Below are positions 1 through 12,140 of a stretch of DNA of 64,000 nucleotides, one piece after another. This stretch comes from Saccostrea cucullata (taxonomy: Eukaryota), in NCBI RefSeq assembly GCF_032062105.1, contig NW_026931074.1, positions 217,587-281,586 on the forward strand, written 5' to 3'. Every line of letters begins with the position of its first letter. Positions within the stretch are counted from its first letter, which is position 1. The position numbers and the translations under genes were made by a program. The notes under the pieces are model-generated. The model was given only the letters and a program-made list of their open reading frames with translations. It did not search any database and was not told the DNA's origin.

Positions 1-89
1 AAACATCTCAAGTATTCAGCATTGTTCAACATTGGGCGAGCGTATTTCCAGGGATACGGTGTCAAACAGTCTGATGATGAGGCACTGAG
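1..89 (+). CDS. Sel1-like repeat protein, internal exon (partial at window start)
   Basis: Frame 1 translates KHLKYSALFNIGRAYFQGYGVKQSDDEALR, matching the Sel1 consensus (A..LG..Y..G.GV..D...A). The exon ends at a GTAGAG donor at 90. The phase is continuous with the next exon: the 'ag' ending this exon plus the first base 'g' of the next gives AGG. Confidence 0.5.
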
Positions 90-314
90 GTAGAGTCTAA
101 ACTATCAGTTTATTTGAGTGTTTCTTGTTGGTGTTTGTTACTTTAGGTCTACTTTTGTGTTTCTAATAGGATATGAAAGACAAATATTCCTGAATTTTTA
201 TTGTTCCTATGTTGTGAATGAAATGACTAAGTTCTGTTACATGTATCTATAGGCTATTGCTAAGGGTACATATTTCTGCATTCCTTGTTTTGATGTGAGC
301 ATGCGTTTCTACAG

Positions 315-472
315 GTACTGGTTATTAGCTGCTGATGACGGCAATCCCTCAGCTAGCGTCCCCGCTCAGACGACACTCGGCATGTTTTACTCTCGACCTG
401 ACAGTCTTGATCTCAAGAAAGCTTTCTTCTGGCACAATGAAGCTTGTGGAAATGGAAGCTTGGAATCTCAAG
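315..472 (+). CDS. Sel1-like repeat protein exon
   Basis: An acceptor tttctacag ends at 314. The exon translates YWLLAADDGNPSASVPAQTTLGMFYSRPDSLDLKKAFFWHNEACGNGSLESQ, a Sel1 repeat. The donor GTTTGT lies at 473. It is part of listed ORF 295..507. Confidence 0.55.
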
Positions 473-747
473 GTTTGTGGTTCATGGTCCATGTTGTGAA
501 ATCGTAGAAGCAGGTGAACTTAAGTTCCTTACACCTTCAGTGACCTAGGAGCAAAGATTAAAAATATTCAAATCATTAGATAATACCCTGCAAAATAGAA
601 TAAAGAAGTTAAATAAAGTTGACCAACTTGAAAGCAATGTGTCAAATTTATTTCATTTTCAAAGAACATTTATTTCAAACCATTGCCTGCTATTAGTTTT
701 ATATCATCAATTTCCTTCCCAATAAATTCCTGTTTTCTTTTGAACAG

Positions 748-919
748 GTGCATTAGGTGTGATGTATGAGTATGGTATAGGAGTGAAGCAGGACGCAGAC
801 AGTGCGTACGTCTGTCTGAAGGAAGCGTCGGACCGGGGGAATGTGTATGCCATGGGGAATCTTGTGGCTAATTATTACAGAAGGAAACTGTACACTAAGG
901 CAGCTGATCTGGCAGCCAG
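748..919 (+). CDS. Sel1-like repeat protein exon
   Basis: An acceptor ttttgaacag ends at 747. The exon translates GALGVMYEYGIGVKQDADSAYVCLKEASDRGNVYAMGNLVANYYRRKLYTKAADLAAR, a textbook Sel1 repeat. The donor GTGAGA lies at 920. The phase matches the neighbouring exons. Confidence 0.65.
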
Positions 920-1423
920 GTGAGATATAATACTGGTCCACAGGTAACATAAAAACAGTCAAACCGTAACATAAAAACAGTCAAACCTTGTTATCTCAAG
1001 TATAAGGGTCCAAGAAAAAACTTCAGGATAACCAAGGATTTATGATATCCAGGATGTTGAAATAGTACATATCCAACTAGCTCACTTCAACGTATACAGG
1101 GTATTTGAGATATGAAAATTCAACTGTATATCAATACATGTATCATAATTCTGAAATCTTTTTAAAAATTTTGAAGTGACTTCCACTTAATGTTAAATAT
1201 TGCATATGGAATGTCGAAGAAATTCGTGTGAATTAATATTTCATAGTTCCTGTTTATCTTTCAGTGTGCATCTGTCCATAACTGAACTTGCTTATATGAA
1301 CACCATAGTGTATACTCATATTAGAGCGGGGGTATTGCTAGTGAGCATTGGCTCACAGACTTCTTGTTTATCAAATGGTGTTAAAGCTGCAGGAATGTTA
1401 ACACCTAAGTTTTTCTTCCACAG

Positions 1424-1589
1424 GGTTTCACAATTTTCAGATGTCAAGCGATTATCAGAAGAAACAGGCTGTCTGCCCAGCTACCTAGCAAAGGGGATCG
1501 CGATGGGGTGCTTCTACTATGCCAGGTGTCTCCACGAGGGGCACGGGGTGAAGAAGGACGAGGAAGAGGCCAAGAAATATTATTCAAAG
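1424..1589 (+). CDS. Sel1-like repeat protein exon (3'-most seen; gene may continue or terminate by read-through at 1709)
   Basis: An acceptor ttcttccacag ends at 1423. The exon translates RVSQFSDVKRLSEETGCLPSYLAKGIAMGCFYYARCLHEGHGVKKDEEEAKKYYSK and lies within ORF 1200..1709. The donor AAG|GTAATC is at 1590. An alternative acceptor at 1440 is possible. If the 1590 donor is unused, the stop is at 1707-1709. Confidence 0.5.
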
Positions 1590-4500
1590 GTAATCAGGGG
1601 AAAAACTAAAGGTGGAAAAGGTCAAATGTACAATATACTCAGAGGTAGACAAAAGAGGCAAAGAGTGGAGAACTGGGACAAAAAAATTACTATACCTCAA
1701 CTGGAGTGATAAATAATTAACTCTCTCAAACATACACTAATCCTTTATATACATGGATATGGTAGGGGTAGACAACTAGCTAAAAAATGCATATGCCCCA
1801 TAAAATGAGTAAGGCTTTGAAATAATTTCTTAAAATACTCCTCCAAGGTAAACAGTCTAGAAACAACCCTTACAATGCCTATAACCACAAAAATACCATA
1901 TTGTGTTACTCTGCTGTGAAAGAAAAAAAACATTCGTGTTGGAAAATATTCAGTTTTATAAGTTACTATAGAATCCACTGGAAAGCTGCTTCAGTTATGT
2001 CCCTTTTACATGTATTTGAATATTTACTGCAATAAAAAAGAATTAAGCTAGAAATAATATAAAAGGTGTGTTTAATTAAGTTGTAACTTGTTTCTCAGCA
2101 TTATAGAATTAACCTGTTTTTGTGTAAATGGATAGCGCTGATATTTACTTCATTGCCTAGACCATCCCCCACATTTTTTTTAATGCTACATATTGGAATA
2201 TATATTTTATTATTCTACAGGAGTTACAGTTCTTAGGTTGATCTGTAAAAGCATATATACAATAATTCAACAGGAAGGGAAAATAATTGTAATCTGCATA
2301 CAATCTGCAACTGAGAATCTAAACACAAATTTGAAGCTTTTTTTATAATTGATGTAAGTTGGTTATTTTTGTGAAATGACATTCTCTTACACATTAAAAT
2401 TAAATTTGTACAGTGAGACAAATGACATATTTGGTTCATCTGGCATTCCTAATTTTTTAATTCATACATAATGAAGTTTATAAGTATGACAGACTATATA
2501 ATGAATTTTTGAGGAACTAAATAGTGGTGTAAAGGAGTATGTTATTGATGTTATAAAGTAGATATGATGGCCAGAGTGTGGATTTGAGAGGGCACATGAA
2601 CAGGTGCTAAATGTACAAGACTGCTTTATGATAGGAATTATAATATAGCTATAGTTTATCTTTAGGTTTGAATTAATGCCTGTAGAACATAGACAGACTG
2701 CCTTACCACTGACAAAGATTTCCTTTTCACAGTTTAAAAAATGGGACTTCTTTGCTCTATACTGTCAAAGTGTTTTTAGCTCATTTTGACTTCTTTACAA
2801 GAACCACTGGTGTGGTTTTAACCAAAGTTATCACAAAGCATCCTTGGATGAAAGGGATTCTTAATTGTTCAAATGAAGGACTAAGTCCTATTCCAAAGGG
2901 AGATTATATATATAAAAAAAGGCAAACTAGAGTGGAGGACATTAAAAAACCTGTTTCAAATCCTATTGGCCCAGGGACAGGGTGGGGCCACAATATGGCA
3001 TCAAAGTTTTAATTGAAACATATACCAGGTGATTACATTCTTCAACAGTCTTCTGAAAAAAAAGTCTGAAAATTTGAAACAATGTGAAAATTTTCTGACG
3101 TTAATACATCACTGTGTTAATCCTAATAATACAATAATCTACAATCAAACCTTGTTACCTTAATCTTTGGGGAAGTGAAAAAACTGAGGTATTCAAGGAT
3201 TTTAGATGTTGAGGGTAAAATACATAAAGAATATTAATGTTCAAGTACCCAATGACTCCAGATTTGAAATGTATTCTAAATAGATAAAGTAAAAAACAAA
3301 CCAAAAAATACATCAATATGTTTTTAATTTAAATCAATTAGACATCTTTAAATCTAAATTCAAAATCTTATTTCACAATGAAATGGAAATACAAGGAATC
3401 ACTGTCTAGTTTGTTTGGTATGCCAGGGATATCAATGATAGTTGGAACTGGGGAACAATTTATGTATAATATGTTGTCCATTATGCAAAATTATGCAAAT
3501 TATTCCACGTTTTCAACTATCGCTGATGTCCCAACAAACTAAAATTCCTTAAGCATCCCCTTGTAGTGTGGATTCAGAGACCCTTAGAGTGGGCTATGAT
3601 ATGGGGTTGTAATTTTTTTTGAGAAAACAAAAATATTAGAAATCTTCAGAAGAACAGTAGAGCTAATGTTACTCAGCTGAGCAGTATGGCCTATAGGTCT
3701 CTTGTTATTTCAAGGATTATTTTCTCAATCCCCGCAAAACCAAAAATTTATATTATATCACAAAATGATAGAGCAGGTAAAATTTCAATTAAAAAATAAA
3801 CTAAAATTTAAACTTTTAATAAATATTTGTTTTTTATCAGCAAATATTTCTCATAATTATCTTAACCTGATAGCATTGTGTTTCATAACAGATGTCATAT
3901 AGAGTCATTCCTATCAAGGTATTGTCCACAGTCCTATATTGTAAACTTTAGTGTTTGTCTGTACTTTTACATTGTTTATTATGATAATTGATGACAGAGA
4001 GCTACTATAATGTTAATATCTTTAATTTTATGTCAGATAATGCACTTGATGGCCATTTTACTGTTTCATGAAATGTCAGTTTTAACATTTAAGTTAATGT
4101 CAGATGCCCCCACTTACAAACAAAATGTCTGACTTTGCAATTTAAAGTAATACCATTCTGATGACTATAACTTTTTATGAATAATAAATTATTTGTACCT
4201 CCCAGTATCTGGCTACAAAATTCCATATACAATGTATGTAGTGGATTTAATAGATAAAACTCCTGTTCTTTCACTGCTACCCAAAATGTATAATATTAGT
4301 TATCAATGTCCAATCAAGGGTTTACAGAGATTTAGTCAGGGTTGTATTTCATATTGTAAGGCCAAAGAGGGTGTGGAATACAACACAAGATAAATTCCTG
4401 TACACCCATGTATGAATCAGGAGTAAAATTTATTTCCTATGTAATCATGCAAATAATTTAGAAATGAAATGTACATGTATTATTGTTATTTCATTTACTC

Positions 4501-5175
4501 TTACAAACATTTAAACAGCAACAGAGTGAGTTAAGAGAGAGAGAAATCTTAGAATCAGAAGTAGGGGGGAGGGTTAGGTATATATATTGAAAATACACTA
4601 AATATTCTCATAGACATCCAGGAAAATAACATGATTATAAAAAGAACTTAGGTCTGCATACTGCAGTTTATGGTTTCAAGGTGATGTTTCAAGCTTTAGG
4701 GGGGCATTTTCTTCAAGGTCAGAGGCATGTCATCCACCAGAAAAACAAGATTAAAAATTCTAATAATGCACATAAAATCCTGGTTAAATTGTAAAGTTCT
4801 TGACACAGATTTTGAGTTTCAGATTTAGGTGGTGCAAAGTTGATCATTTCAAGAAAAAACAGGATCATGAAGGCCCATAGGTCTCTTGTTATGAAATATA
4901 ATTCTTCTTGTTACCTAAATTCTTCTGAGTGTATCACTGTAGATGTGAATTCAGATATAATAATATAAATGGAAAAGGTGAAGAAACAGTGATTGATTCT
5001 AAGAAAGTTATAAATGATACACCTATGTAAAGAGGGCTTAAAACAAGGACCCTGGATATTACTTAGGTGGGGTCAGGGGCCTAGGAGGAGTAAGCATCCC
5101 ATTGTTGACTGGAAACACTTTAATTTAGGGTGTGAACCCTTTGTAATTGGTAGGAGAAGCCAGAATAATTTTGGA

Positions 5176-5628
5176 AACATAAACATCATAAGTAGGTGAT
5201 AGTTGAATAATACTATTACTACAATGGAAAAGTTAGTTGTCTCGTTTGTCACACAATTTAAGGTCAGCGTTTTTTGTTTTAATGCAACTTTTTTTGCTTA
5301 TTTATTAAAATTAAACAAAAATAAGAAATTATAGGGAAATTTGATATAACTTATTTTTAAACCGATTTTGCTTTAATTTAGTGTGTGTTGAAATCCCTTA
5401 AAGAAAGGGGTAATAAAATATTATTAAGGAAAAAGTTATAAACATCTTTTGAAATTTAAAACTTACCAGTGAGTAACATGATAAACTTGAAAAATTGATC
5501 ATACTTAGGAGAAGCCCCTTTGAGTAGCAAATAAGTTTGGAGACATAAACATCATAAGTAGGTGATAGTGGAATATTACTATTACTACAATGGAAAAGTT
5601 AGTTGTCTCATTTGTCACACAATTTAAT
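5176..5628. repeat. About 87-bp direct repeats (5176-5262 and 5540-5628) flanking a 280-bp AT-rich segment; the internal segment is homologous to 8085-8335
   Basis: Two near-identical copies of acataaacatcataagtaggtgatagtKgaataWtactattactacaatggaaaagttagttgtctcRtttgtcacacaatttaa. The internal sequence (ttaaaattaaacaaaaataagaaattataggg...aaagaaaggggtaataaaatatt) recurs at 8085-8335 with about 75-80% identity. Confidence 0.55.
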
Positions 5629-8600
5629 TGTTAAATATCCTTTATCATCTATAGTCTATAAAACATCCTAATATGAAACAGATGTGGTGTTGTCTATCAT
5701 CTCAAGTTCACTGGCCAGGGATATATCGAGTCAACAAATGAATGAAAATAACTACTGTAATCAATAAAACATTGTCAACATACATGTATCTGAATGTTAA
5801 AATGAAGGCCACAGCAAGTGTTTTCTTTTTCTCACATAAAAGTTTTTAAATCTGTTTCATAATAAGAATAAAAAAATAGGCCAGCTTATAAAGGAGCACA
5901 ATTAGTGCCCATGTGGAATTTGAAGAGATCGTAAAAAGACTTGGTCTCCAGAGACTATATAAATGTTATCAATGAGGAATTCCAGCATATCCTTTTAAAT
6001 AAACATGGAGACAATCAATCTTACAGAAATAGATAGAGAATATTATACATATACTAAGATCCATATCATATACCATGTTTTTGTTCTTTCTGCTTGCCTG
6101 ACATTTTTGCTGGTATATATTGATATTTTATGTTGATTTTTGCTGAATATACATTTTGCACTAATTTGCTGAGTATATAATTTTTTGTTTTTCAGTCTTA
6201 TCAATTTGACCCTGATGTTTGTGCCAGATTACAGAATATTACTCAGCATGGTGTTATATGATTGTTTGTTACTGTGATGTCAGAACATTATGATGTCATC
6301 ATTTTGATACTATTCAGCATTATGAGGGCCTCAGTGGGAATCTGCTGCTGTTTCTACAGTTTTTGATTGTTATACAGTAATGCCTTATGTGTTATATTGT
6401 TTTTGTTTACATTCTCTTTTCTGTGATATGTATTTTTTACATACAATTCTACTGCATTTAAACTGTCCTTTTAAATTATTTTTTTATATCATGTTTACCC
6501 TTGAAAATTTTGTGCCAAGATTAGATTATACAGTTTTCAATGTCAGGTCCAGAAATCATTGCCTAAAAGTATAAAAGCATTACTTACAAAAGCCAAATGT
6601 ACTTGGTCAAATTACCAGTAACTTTATTCTGATATAGTGTTGTCAAAATGACATATTGCCTTGAACCTGTAGAGAATTGCAAACCCTGGAGGCAGACATT
6701 GTGTATTACTGCATGTCCTAGTCAACCTGTCTAAATGTTAATGCGTATATATCAGTCATTTACTTACAGCACTCCCTAAAGTTTTCCTGTTTTAAGATAC
6801 CTAATAAATTAAAATTCACAGACAAAAAAGAATTTATTGCTCTATATTTCTTATGCAAGCAGAGCTCTGGAAAATTGATTTATTTGAACTGGCATGAAGT
6901 GTAAATTGAGTTAAATAGGTTAACTGTGTTGATTGTTCGTCCATATGTATTGATTTTTATAGTACTTCTTGGGCTTGATAGATTTACATTCAACATCAGA
7001 GGCAATCATTGTCCATTTTATAGAAATATTACAAATTTTTTACATGCATGAGTTTTGTCAATCCATATATATAGCATAATTGTAAGTGCACACCTAGTTT
7101 TTCGATAAACCACAAAATTATAACTGGTTTATTGATATATAATTACAATTACCAAACTTGTACTATTATTGTATTTGGCTGAGTAAAAGATACCAAAATG
7201 TATTATGCTACAAGCAATTTAAATTAAAGATCAGTATATCATTATTAAGTTTTTTTAAAAAAAATTACGTAACAGTAAGCTATATACCTTGACCTATTTA
7301 TTTACTGAGTGTACATAGTATTTTCTGTTTTGCACCTGTGTTGTATTTTAGATCCTACATGCTTTTTTTTGTTAGAACCACTTCGTACCTATGTTACAGT
7401 CATGTTTTAAAAACCTCCAGCCAAAAAGAATGTGACATCATGATTCAAAGTTTTTAGTCCTATTCACTGGGGGTATGTCTTAAATAAAATGCATTGTACA
7501 TTAGTCATTTTATAATATTTATTTTGAGTTTAAAAGTCCGGATAATTTTTTTTAAATTCAATTATTGAGCTTTGGAATTATAGGGTTGTCACTGTGTACA
7601 TATTTTGAATATTTCACAAACACATCTTATATAACAAAGGACAGAAAGTTTTTGTACATACATAACAAGTTAAGGATTCATGAATTATTCTGCTAGATTG
7701 TTTTTGAGATAATTTCTGTGTGCAATGTATGTTATTACAATGTATGTTATTACCGAATATATCTGAGCCCTTGAATCAGAATCAAACTGTGATCTTAGGC
7801 ACTTTGTATCATTTGATATATATATATATATTTACTTTTAGTTTGTTTTACTGCACCTTATACATGTATTGTAGCCATTCAGTGGTGTTTGTTATAGATA
7901 TGTGATACTGTTATTTATATGTTTGTAATTTTTCCCTGTTTTTGTATAAAGCATGTCTTTTATAAATCTGTGAAAATTGTTATTTCACTACCCCTACAAA
8001 TTATCCTCCCTATATTTAAGGGGGCTGACTGTGGTTTCCATTATTTCACGCATCATAGTAAAACGTAGCATATTTTACTGTTTAAAGCAAATTTTTTTTT
8101 ACTTAATAAATAAAACAAAACAAAATTAGGAAATTACAGGTTGAACATTTTTATTACAATTTTAAATAACTGATTTTTAAAATGATTTTTTAACTGATAG
8201 GTAGATTTACATGGTAATGGTGTGTTTTTGATGTTAGATAACGTGACGCTCTCAAAGAAGAGGTAATAAAAAATGTTATAAAAGAAAAAGTAATAAATAT
8301 ATGCTTTTGAAATTTAAATCATAGAAATTTGATAATCTCTCCACCATATTTATCATTTTTTGGATAAATCCTTTGCATGCGTCATATTTTGTAGTACTCT
8401 ATAAAAACAAGGAAATTTGTTATTTTTTGGCATTTTGAGATGCCCCCTCTGGAAACAAGGTGATAGAATTTTGTGGTTCTTACATATAATGTACAATATA
8501 GTATTACTCATCATATATTATAGTTTGAGCTAAAAGTCTATTGTAGTATTTGTATAATTTGCTTTAAAGTGCGAAAATTTGGCACTTTCCCATATAATCC

Positions 8601-9966
8601 TATAGTAAATGTACCTGTATTTTGAGACGGCCCCTTAAAAATACCTGTGCGGTAGATTTCCCCCAAACTTGGCATGTACACTGATATCAATGTCAGTTAT
8701 ACATGGTATAAATTAAAATAAAGAGTTTCTCTTTTGTAGTTTTCACACAATAAATCCCAAGTCGGCCCCCTTAATTTATGCTTGGACACTTGCAGCAAGC
8801 AGGAAACAAATTTCCTTGATTTTTTTTATTAATCAATTCACCCATGTAATGAATTGTTCTGCAAAGCCATGGATATGATGAAGTGGGTATGTTGTTTGTT
8901 TATTGTTTTTATATTTACAGATTTCTAAACCTCAGTATCTTGAAAGCTTGGAAGTTCTTGAAAGTTCTTTCAAAGTACATACTGTGAGTTCAAGATACTA
9001 GTAACATTAGTGTTGACTGAATATTTCTCTAGTTTATATAAGGAATGAATTTAAAGCTGTGAGACCCCTGTTAGATTATTTTATGCTCTATCTGTCTGAT
9101 GAATATGAGTTATAGTTATAACAACTATATAATTAGAGTTGAGGGCCCCCCCAAAAAGTTTTTCCAAACATCTAATTGTAAAAATGAAGGGTACCATCAC
9201 TGGTGATGGAATTGGCCAAAAACACATCATGATAAAGAGAGATTTACAGAAAATGATAGAAGTGGCTGAACAGGTGATATTTCTGATGGAGACATTTGAC
9301 ATTGTTGCTTTTAGGTCAAACAGTATTTATATATACCTTCTATGCAGGTACTAAGATTACCATTAAGTAACAGTTTAATTAATGATCTTAGCTGTTAAAG
9401 TGACTAAAAGGCAGTCATTAGCAATCAGTCATACCACCAGTTTATTTTCCTCTATTTATAATCCTCAGTTGTCACTTTCATTGTGATTGGTCAAACCAGC
9501 AGGAAATCTTGGTTTTTGGGGCATTTTTCTTAATGGCAACCAAGAACAAATTCCACATATCTACAGAGCAATTTCCAGGACATAGTACTTAACATAATAA
9601 GGTCTTGTCACTGTTGACAGAACCTTAAACAAGCAAGACTGATTAGAATATAAAATGAACTTTAAAGTAGATACTTTTACCTAGTTTGGCCTGGATGTAA
9701 CTGTCAACCATAAGTACTAAAGTACCAAAGCATGGAGAAAAACTACAATCTAGTACTGGATGTTCCAAGAGTATTGATTCCTGTTTAATCTATAGGTTAA
9801 CTGGTAACTAGTGATCAGTTACAAGACAAGCAATAAAACAGGCCAAAATATTGAATTAGGATATAGGGCAATATATATTGTAAAAATGTATAAATCAATA
9901 CAAAACTCGTAGTTGAACTTTAAGTCATCAAATGGACAAACCAAAGATCATTATGTACAGGAACAG

Positions 9967-10422
9967 TAGGGATGGGTATCGCTTTTCGTAGAGATACCCA
10001 TGTCTCCCACAATATCACGATAATATCATGATATTTTTAAAAGGAGTTTTTACAATGATTTTATAAGAAAAGTCACTATTTTTCTAAAAAAATATGCTAG
10101 AAAAACAAAATTTTACTTTCTTGAAATTTTTATGTATATAAAATCAATTATGTTTGGACAGTAAGATGCCATTCTTTTCACTTTTTACAACATTTTTTAT
10201 ACTTTCTGTAATTGTAATTTGAAAGGTTTGTCATGTTATAAATTTTCAATTTACCCGATATATTCAAAATTTACAACATGACAGGTTGAACAACTAAATG
10301 AATAATTTCTGGACTTTATAATTTGTACCTAAATACCAGTATTTAGGTCTCCGTATCACGATACCTATCACGCAACAAAAAATCGCGATATATCGGTATA
10401 CCGATCAAATCACACATCCCTA
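9967..10422. mobile_element. hAT-like MITE (456 bp) with 8-bp TSD aggaacag
   Basis: Terminal inverted repeats are tagggatgggt at the left and acacatcccta at the right. Identical 8-bp direct repeats aggaacag lie at 9959-9966 and 10423-10430. An 8-bp TSD with TAG-initial TIRs is typical of hAT-superfamily non-autonomous elements. There is no coding capacity. Confidence 0.55.
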
Positions 10423-10464
10423 AGGAACAGACAAGCTTATTCAGAGAACCCATGTCTCCCGCAT

Positions 10465-11630
10465 AAGGGGACGAACATTTGATTCTGAGGGGGGGGCCTG
10501 GCAGATTTTGGAAATAAATAATCTGTCCCTGAAAATGTTGAAAATAAATAATCCGTCCTCCTCTGCAAAGAAAATAAATAATCTGACCTTGACTTATGAT
10601 ATTTAAATATTGTGAAAATACCTTTTTATTTCTGTGTACTTTAACCTCAGAATCTTCAATTCAGCATTTTTTTTTTCTTTCATCGCCATTTTAGAACCAA
10701 ATAATATTTAAAATCAGATTACCAGACTGGATACTTGTAGTCAGTTGATCAACATGACAATGTGCACTAAGTAGATGTGATGAATCACTTTAAATACAAG
10801 CAAATTCTTAAACACCACAAAAGATAAATTTTCTTGTCAAAGAATTATACTACCCGATAAATTAATTACAAAGTAAACAGTGGCGGATTTAAGGAAGGCA
10901 TACATGTGTATGACCCCTCCCCTAAAATTTCAAAGTATGATATGAATTATATTAATATTGCCATAGTATAGTACAGTACCAATATTTTTGTGCCTAGTTT
11001 TACTCTTAAAATGCACACAAACCCAAGAGCTTCAGGGGGCTTCGCCCCCTGGGCCCCCTTCATCCAAAGTATGATATGACTTAAGTATTAATTATGTCAT
11101 ACTTTTGAACATAACTAACCAATTCCTAGATAATTGTGCCTGGTTTTACTCTTAAAATACACAAAAACCCACGAGCTTCAGGGGGCTTCGCCCCCTGGAC
11201 CCCCTTCATTCAAAGTATGATATGACCAATATTAATAATGACATACTTTGCTACATAATAACCAATACCACTATAATTGTCCTGGTTTTACTCTTAAAAT
11301 ACTTGAAAACCCAAGAGCTTCTGGGGAATTTCCCTCCCTTGGCCTCCACCATGTGCTTCGCCCAGGACCCACTGGGGGCCTTAAGGCGGCCCAAGACCTC
11401 TTGCCTGAACGAAGTTATACACGCCCCCCATCCTGAATCCGCCTATGGTATATAAATGATTAGTCTTTTATCAAATTCAATCGATCAAGGTACCGTAAGA
11501 CAAAGAAGAAAATATAATCTGTCCTCGATAATCTTGAAAATAAATAATCTGTCCTTGACAGGCATGAAAATAAATAATCCATCTCAAAAAAATTTGCCAG
11601 GCCCCCCCCTCAGAATCAAATGGTCGTCTC
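10465..11630. mobile_element. Composite non-autonomous element with roughly 40-bp TIRs, G-rich tracts and internal tandem repeats
   Basis: The left end ataaggggacgaacatttgattctgaggggggggcctggcag (10465-10506) is the reverse complement of the right end ctgccaggcccccccctcagaatcaaatggtcgtctcctaagg (11594-11636). Each end is followed or preceded by 3 direct copies of gaaaataaataatcYgtcc. The interior holds about 125-bp tandem units and a G18 tract (11662-11684) just outside the element. Confidence 0.45.
10925..11345. repeat. About 125-bp tandem repeat, 3 copies (inside the composite element)
   Basis: The unit ...tgtgcctRgttttactcttaaaatRcacaaaaacccaMgagcttcagggggcttcgccccctggRcccccttcatYcaaagtatgatatgac is repeated head-to-tail three times. 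The GC-rich core gcttcgcccc..ctgggggcc..aaggcggccc recurs at 38900-38985. Confidence 0.5.
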
Positions 11631-11789
11631 CTAAGGAGATAAAGAACAGCATGCGTGGATCTAAGTGGGGGGGGGGGGGGGTGTTGAAAGGGGTGCACTC
11701 TATGAGGGGTGGGGTGAGGGGTGCATAGGGAGTTATGTTATAAATTTTTTTTTGCAAAAGCTTAAAAGCTTCTTGAGGTATCGCCCATA

Positions 11790-12140
11790 ATCGAAAGTTT
11801 CACACAAAAAGAGAATGTATGGTTTTTGACCTTTGACTTTTTGACCTCAAAATCAATAGGGGTCTTCCATAGTCATTAGCAAGTTGGTATATAAGATTTC
11901 ACTGCAAATGCTCAAAGGCTTCTCAATATTTCACATGAATGAAAGTGTTAAAACAGACAGTATTTATAGATTTATGAATTTGAGCTTTTGACCTCAAACT
12001 CAGTAGGAATCTTCTTTAGCTATAGGAAGCTTTTATGTAAAATTTCATTGCAAAAACTCAAAGGCTTCTTTAGATATCGCATGGAAGCAAATGTGTTACA
12101 GACAGAAATACAGACAGATGGGTGGATGGACAGACAGACC
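11790..12140. repeat. Two tandem copies of a ~150-bp unit followed by (ACAG)n-like tract
   Basis: tttgacctcaaaatcaataggggtcttccatag...ctcaaaggcttct (11826-11960) is repeated as tttgacctcaaactcagtaggaatcttctttag...ctcaaaggcttct (11988-12080). This is followed by acagacagaaatacagacagatgggtggatggacagacagacc and the palindromic motif gtccccc..ggggac, which also occurs at 13003-13030. Confidence 0.4.

Noticed and set aside
1200-1709. 169-aa ORF as a single-exon gene
   Set aside because: Its N-terminal two-thirds (MHMECRRNSCELIFHSS...) has no Sel1 character and lies in intron-like AT-rich sequence. Only the part after the acceptor at 1423 is a Sel1 repeat, in phase with the upstream exons.
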